From Carpediemonas membranifera BICM (Eukaryota; Protista; Fornicata): DNA of 12,666 nt. Location: the NCBI GenBank assembly GCA_019828565.1, contig JAHDYR010000044.1, positions 1-12,666 on the forward strand, in the 5' to 3' direction. The notes beneath the pieces were generated by a model that saw only the letters and a program-made list of their open reading frames with translations, did no database searches and was not told where the DNA came from. Position numbers and translations under genes: made by a program. Shown here piece by piece: positions 7,364 through 12,666 of the stretch (positions are counted from its first letter, which is position 1; each line of letters opens with the position of its first letter).

Positions 7364-8737
7364 TTATCTCCGGCCAGCTGAGATCTCATCAAGAACATCC
7401 TGCCACGAGTAATGTGCCACGTCTGACACTGACTTTGCAGCAACAGCAGGCTGGTCACGTTCATATACGTCGAACACGACTATCTGCTTGTCTGACTTTG
7501 GAACTCTGATTGGGCGTATGAGCTGCGGAAGAAGGAAGTCATCTGCCATTGCGGCAATGTCCTTCGAACGCCAGAGGATGATCTGCTTGGGCTTCTTAAT
7601 CTCACATAGAACCTCTAGCTTCTCTTTCAATGGGCCGACCCGCAGATGCTCAAACGGTTTGGCGTGCAATGATTGCTTGACCTTGGATGTCGCAAGAGAC
7701 ATTGCGATGGATCCATTGGTTGCAAACAAGGGGTTCTTCTCCATTGTATAGCGGACGAGGGAGATCTGAATGGAGTCATTCTCCTCATTCCAAGACAGTG
7801 TCTTGACTGTCGGTTCCGACTCGGTTACGGGCTGTATAGCCTGACCAAATCGGGACGAAACAACCTCATGAGCGGCATTGGTCAGCTTAACAGCTTCTTG
7901 AACAGAGAGTGCGATGAAGTTGAAGGAGGAGCCGGCTGATGCGATTGTGAGAATGACGCCGCGATTGGTGTCACGAATGCCAAGACGCGTGCTATCTTCG
8001 AAGGGGATGACCGTTACAGGAGTCTGAATCAAATCCAAGTTCTTGACCACGATTCCATGGAAGAAAACAGTCGCCTCAGCAATAATGTTGGACATGGTTC
8101 GCACAAGTGATGAAACTGCCGAGCATGGATATGATATGTGGCACTCTTGCATCATCATGTAGGCGTATGCCGCCCACTCCTCAGATGCAAACTCCAAGTC
8201 TATCTCGGCAGTGGCCAGTGTTATCGTTCGACCATCGAGAGAGATGGCAGAGTCCTTTGAAATCGGCAAGACCATCCAAGGATCATCGGTGTAGTCTGAT
8301 GATAGCTTGAAAAGGTACAATGCCTGACCAATGAGCTCAGCGCGGGTCGAGTGGCAGCGTCCTTGGAACCTGACTGCAGCAGAGAACTGCGCGTGGCCGA
8401 ACGATGTACTGCTGCACTGATTCACCATCCCCGACAGTACACCGAGCAACTCCTCGACGTTAGTGTCGGGCGTCGTGTGAAACATCCACACGTTGCTCTT
8501 TCCGTCGTGGACGAGCAGACGTGGCATATCTCCACCGATCAAGTGGTAAGAAGCATTGTTAGAGAGAGAAAGTACGGTCTTTTCTGCAGAACCAGCTGAA
8601 GCGATTGAAATAGAGGCAACAGGGTGCTGGAGGAAGGTAGCAAGCACTTCTCTCGTCTCGGAGCCGCTCGTGTCATCGGGATCGACAAAAAGCAACTTCG
8701 TATGATAACTCTGGCGAATATCGTCGGTACTAGTCAT
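7364..8737 (-). CDS. Hypothetical protein with PH-like and C-terminal C2-like segments
   Basis: 457-codon ORF from the first ATG (AAAATG at 8737) to TAA. The segment ELIGQALYLFK...PWMVLPI...ITLAT...LEFASEEWAAYAYMMMQE follows the PH strand/terminal-helix pattern, and a second such helix occurs at FIALSVQEAVKLTNAA. The segment ILWRSKDI...KQIVVFDVYERD resembles copine-type C2. The ORF is well supported; the domains are tentative. Confidence 0.75.
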   Translation of the reverse strand: MTSTDDIRQSYHTKLLFVDPDDTSGSETREVLATFLQHPVASISIASAGSAEKTVLSLSNNASYHLIGGDMPRLLVHDGKSNVWMFHTTPDTNVEELLGVLSGMVNQCSSTSFGHAQFSAAVRFQGRCHSTRAELIGQALYLFKLSSDYTDDPWMVLPISKDSAISLDGRTITLATAEIDLEFASEEWAAYAYMMMQECHISYPCSAVSSLVRTMSNIIAEATVFFHGIVVKNLDLIQTPVTVIPFEDSTRLGIRDTNRGVILTIASAGSSFNFIALSVQEAVKLTNAAHEVVSSRFGQAIQPVTESEPTVKTLSWNEENDSIQISLVRYTMEKNPLFATNGSIAMSLATSKVKQSLHAKPFEHLRVGPLKEKLEVLCEIKKPKQIILWRSKDIAAMADDFLLPQLIRPIRVPKSDKQIVVFDVYERDQPAVAAKSVSDVAHYSWQDVLDEISAGRR

Positions 8738-9281
8738 TTTTCGGTTGTATGTTTGCAAAATTTGTCAAGAATTCCCACTAGAATGCATGCTCTTCTTCAC
8801 TGGTTCTTCCACCTGAGGATTTACGAAAATGTCGTCAGTAAACACGTAAATCAATTTATATACGCTTCCGATGGAGCTCAGAGCTCAGTTTGTGGCTGAA
8901 GAGCACAATATCGCATTCAAGAAGCATCGGTCGAGCAAAAGTGCAGGCTCTTCTTATCTCAAGCTGGGACTGTTCAGCCCACTGGAGCTCCTCCCAGTCG
9001 AGCTGTCTGCCTGAGCCAGTTGTTTACATGAAGATAAATCAGAATCGATAAAGTCTGCCGAGCTCCGTCGCGCCCACCGCCTTCTCCGCCTGACCAACTC
9101 GGTCATCACCCTCCCCACATCCCTGCCGCCGCGAGGCAGAGCCAACGGGAAGGCGCACAGGTGCCTTCCGTCGGCTGAAGCGTGGAACTGTATCATATTA
9201 CATACAATCGAGTAAATTCATAAATCAGAAAGCCATCAAGTTGAAGATGGCCTCAACAACCAAAAAACGTCAGTGTTCATC

Positions 9282-10298
9282 ATGAAGCTTTGGTGGGCAT
9301 CGCTTTTAACGTGCATTACTGTTGTAACCTGTTCGATTATTGGTGTTTCACCTTCTGTTGGACATGTTGAAAGCTGGCCCCCCACTGTATGCCTAGTTTT
9401 TGACGAAATACCCACGGTTAGTGAGTCCATGTTCGGCTTTGATTCTGCTGAGGCTGCTTCCTTCCTGAAATCTTCAGGCATGATGATCAGCCCTACTTCA
9501 TTCACCGACTATGCGAATGCCTCCAGTGTTGTGGTAGATTTAGCAGCAATGTCTGTCTGTTTTTTGTTCGACAGTCCGCCAGACCCTGCTCTCTTTGTCA
9601 TAGACCTGTTCTCCTTCACAACTACTGAAAGAGGTTTCGGGTTCACTCCAGCTTCAAAACTGGGATACTACTGTTCCTCAACATGTGACTTTTCTGATGA
9701 GATCGACCCAACACCGCTTGAACTCTTGTCTTATCTTTCATCTTCATCTCAAATGCCGGCTTCGTCACTCTGTTACAACTCTACGTCACAAGAATATGTC
9801 GGCACTGTCCAAGACATTGTCCACCTGCTTCCCGGTGACAGCATTGAGGAGTGCAGTAGCGCAACTGTGCTAACTATGAGTGATGAGCTGCTTATCCAGA
9901 CTCACGTGGAAGCCGGTATTTCTGTCTCCTCCACGTTGAATGACTCATTCACTTATGCAACCCTCCCATTCCGAACATATATTGCATCTCCTGGAGTTAT
10001 AACTTCCAGTTACTCTGTCATCCCAGAGATCCAATACGTTGAGGACATCGTCGAAGGACCGCTTTTCTGCTCGGCCTTAGGAAGCGGCATTTGCACATTG
10101 CTTCAGGATGAATGCTGGACCGATGGGACATACGAGCAGTTTATTACTTGCGCTGAGTCATACTTTGCTCCAGTTACGAATCCATATATCCACTTGCGAC
10201 AATCGTTCTATCTCACCGCTCAGAAATACATTGATTCCCTCAGTTACAGCTTCCTGTTCAGTACGGAGCACCATCCTTGGGTCAGCGCAGCATCTTGA
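9282..10298 (+). CDS. Secreted/membrane protein, N-terminal part (probably joined to the 10108..11643 frame)
   Basis: Signal-peptide-like start MKLWWASLLTCITVVTC; Cys-containing, Ser/Thr/acidic, beta-rich composition. It overlaps the next long ORF in the +1 frame over 10108-10298. Confidence 0.7.
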   Translation: MKLWWASLLTCITVVTCSIIGVSPSVGHVESWPPTVCLVFDEIPTVSESMFGFDSAEAASFLKSSGMMISPTSFTDYANASSVVVDLAAMSVCFLFDSPPDPALFVIDLFSFTTTERGFGFTPASKLGYYCSSTCDFSDEIDPTPLELLSYLSSSSQMPASSLCYNSTSQEYVGTVQDIVHLLPGDSIEECSSATVLTMSDELLIQTHVEAGISVSSTLNDSFTYATLPFRTYIASPGVITSSYSVIPEIQYVEDIVEGPLFCSALGSGICTLLQDECWTDGTYEQFITCAESYFAPVTNPYIHLRQSFYLTAQKYIDSLSYSFLFSTEHHPWVSAAS

Positions 10299-11643
10299 CT
10301 ATGACTTTGATACCACGTCGTTGACTTCTTTCGCGGTATCAGATGCAATATCTGTCACAATATCCAACGTTCCTGATGATTCTTCTCTTGCCGGAATTCG
10401 GAATGACTTTGTCGCGCTTATTCAGACCTCTGGTAAGGTTAGTCATTCTTGGGACTTCCCATGGGTCGAGCCTGATTCGTCGGAGGACCTCTCCGGGGAT
10501 CGTTTTGTTGAGTTTGTTCCTCGCTCCATGCTGTCCTCAACAAGTGATGCGAACTCGCTGTCATATTATCCTGCTGAAGGATACGACGGCTTCGAAGTGG
10601 ACAATGACCCATACGCATTTGCATCCGATGCGAGGTCCTCCTGTGATGCTTTGAATCTTTGCGACCCCAGTTCATTCTCTGTGTCGCCATCTGATGGCGG
10701 TGGATACATTTTGTATTGCGTGAAGCCCATTCTTCCGACAGTTTCATTCTCAGCTCTCGCTCAGGATCCGCCCTACAAAGCTTCATCTGCCGTATTCTCC
10801 ACGAAGCCGCTTGTTGCGACGTTCACGGCGTCCCCCGCGGCCCCCTACGACTTCTACACGGCCGACCTCGCCCTGTCCGTCGAGACGTCCGCCGACGCCA
10901 ACGTCACCATCTCCTGCGACACGGGGGACACCACTAAGGAGATCATCGCTGTCCCAGACGGCACAGTCACCCGCACCACGACCCTGACGCTGCCGACGTA
11001 CTACGGACGGTGGCGGGACCGCTGCCTCTTCGACGTGCCAGAGCCCAAGCTGGGCGGGTGTGCTGCGTCCATTGTCAGCCTGGGCACCGACACGCTCGTC
11101 GTCAACACCACCGTCACCAACAGCGGCACGCTCGACGGCACCTTCACCGGCTACGTCACGGTGGCGTCTGCCGAGGGCGACTTCGCGGCCACTGAGCAGT
11201 TCGACGTCGCCATCGAGGGCTCCCCCCTGGCGGCCGGCGTGACGGTGCTGTCGTACTCGTTCGCCGTGCCGGAGGACGCCGCGGGCTTCACGGCCACGGC
11301 GACGTGCCACCTCTCGGCCGAGTTCGACGACTGCTGGTTCCAGTCGGGGCTCGACGAGCTCAACGCGGACGCCAGCGACACCATCACTCGTGTCGTCGGC
11401 ACCGTCGAGGAGGACGTGGGCCCGATCGACTCCATCGCGGCGGCTGTCATGCAGCTGCATACCCGCGTTATCGCCACCGCTGTTGCCACGGTGCTGGCCG
11501 TGCTGTCGCCCTGGCTCCCCGACACGACACCCGACCTCGTCGTCGTGCAGGTGGCCACCGGGATCGGCCTTGGGGCCCTTGGCCTCGCCTCAGCGACCGT
11601 GCTGGGCGGCGCACTGTTGGCGCTGTCGTGGTTGAAGGTGTGA
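10286..11643 (+). CDS. Secreted/membrane protein, C-terminal part with Ig-like segments and C-terminal hydrophobic helices (HAP2/GCS1-like candidate)
   Basis: Long open frame with strong GC3 bias after ~10800. Ig/CARDB-like VNTTVTNSGTLDGTFTGYVTV and two hydrophobic segments at the C-terminus. The start coordinate is approximate because it depends on the splice or frameshift position. Confidence 0.7.
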
Positions 11644-12666
11644 GTAACCTACCTTACAGTAAATGAAGTGTGTGCTGCATGGCCTCGGGTCCGTGATCAT
11701 TATCGCCCAGTCTCTCATCCTGAGGCTCGTGGCACCGGATGGTACTCAGCCGTCAACATTAACGAGATCATAAATCGAGTTAAGCGTGCACACCGGGACG
11801 GAACGCTGTCGTGGATTTGGTGGAGGAATGAGGGCTAGAAATAGTTGCTATGTCGTTTACTGATACTATATATGCCGTAATGGTGGGTTTTCTCTTCTAT
11901 GAGCTCCTTTTAGCACCAGCATCTCTTCCTTCATCGAGGCATCGAGATTGGGCATAAAATCGCCTTAGGCCGCTCAGTGCCAGTATGCACAGCTATACTG
12001 CAGCATTTATCTGCCAAAATATTATCGACAACGTTCTTTTACTCAGCAGATCACCTTAACTCCTCTCGCCCTCGTCGCCCGCTCCACCCCGCAGCCAGCC
12101 CTGCAACCAGCATCCCGCAGATGCAATAACTACACTATTCTCTGCGTCAGTTCCGTCCTAGTCGTTCACCCGCCTGTCTGCTGTGGTGCAAGCAAGTGCA
12201 GTTTTTGCAGCTCACGCCAAGAAGCTATCCGCGCCAATGACTGCTCCATCACCCTGCCACTTCATTTGTGTCTTACATGCATGTGGTATTGCGGTCGAAA
12301 GCATCGTTACTAAACTGGAGGGCGGGGTACCTGCCCCTGCAATCCAGCAGGGCTCTCGCCCCACACCGCCCGAGTCAGCTGCAGTCGGACAACATTGTCC
12401 ATGAGCATCACTATTTGGTCAGGTGCTTCTAGCCGCACCAGCTCCGATCGGCCGTCTGACTGTCGGGAAGTTGACGGTCTCGAGTCGTGTTGAACTGGAC
12501 AACCATTGGCAATCCCTACAAATCACGCTAAATTTCTTATTCATAGCTAATCATGAAACTATTACGATACGCGTTCAATCACGATGAGCTCTGAGTGTCG
12601 AGACTCGTCTTAACCTGCGATTTCTGAAATCGTCATTAACTCATTAGCCAGAAGGATGCCATCATC

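Noticed and set aside
8871-9214. Short ORFs between the divergent genes (+ 8871..9014 continuing past a TGA; - 8954..9196)
   Set aside because: No homology cue and no workable splice model. A small gene may exist, but it cannot be supported from sequence alone.
9012-11643. Non-standard genetic code (TGA or TAR reassignment)
   Set aside because: Conserved genes use TGG for Trp, have no internal stops and terminate at TAA.
11660-11705. Minus-strand GGCCATGCAGCAC, antisense to the conserved 18S GUGGUGCAUGGCC, as a C/D snoRNA guide
   Set aside because: One mismatch, only an imperfect C box (ATGATCA) and no CTGA D box after the guide.
2436-11824. 13-bp inverted match TCCACCAAATCCA (2436-2448) / TGGATTTGGTGGA (11812-11824) as terminal inverted repeats of a 9.4-kb element
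   Set aside because: About one 13-mer inverted match is expected by chance in 12.7 kb. It does not extend, there is no target-site duplication, and the enclosed genes look like host genes.
11840-12666. Genes, tRNAs or CRISPR-like arrays in the right-hand 0.8 kb (including ORF 12183..12404)
   Set aside because: No long ORF, codon bias, cloverleaf or regularly spaced repeats were seen.

Overview
Eukaryotic, gene-dense genomic DNA using the standard genetic code. It is probably from a divergent protist; a Carpediemonas/metamonad-like genome is a guess. The window opens with the 3' portion of an 18S rRNA gene on the minus strand (1-348). This stops abruptly inside a universally conserved segment and joins, with no spacer, a reading frame that is already open at the junction (349-2238, antisense to the rRNA). 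That ORF looks like the 5'-truncated C-terminal part of a mobile-element protein: a possible restriction-like-endonuclease tail, a long basic/acidic linker and an OTU-like cysteine protease. It is followed by ~620 bp of non-coding DNA ending in GC-rich hairpins and a degenerate (ACCTT)n run. Ordinary-looking genes follow: an NF-X1-type RING/zinc-finger protein (+), an inosine-uridine nucleoside hydrolase with an N-terminal extension (-), a 160-aa hypothetical protein (-), a PH/C2-like protein (-), and a split (intron or frameshift) secreted membrane protein with weak HAP2/GCS1 (fusexin)-like motifs (+). The two best leads are the 18S/OTU-element junction and the divergent HAP2-like protein. 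All domain calls are by eye; no searches were run.
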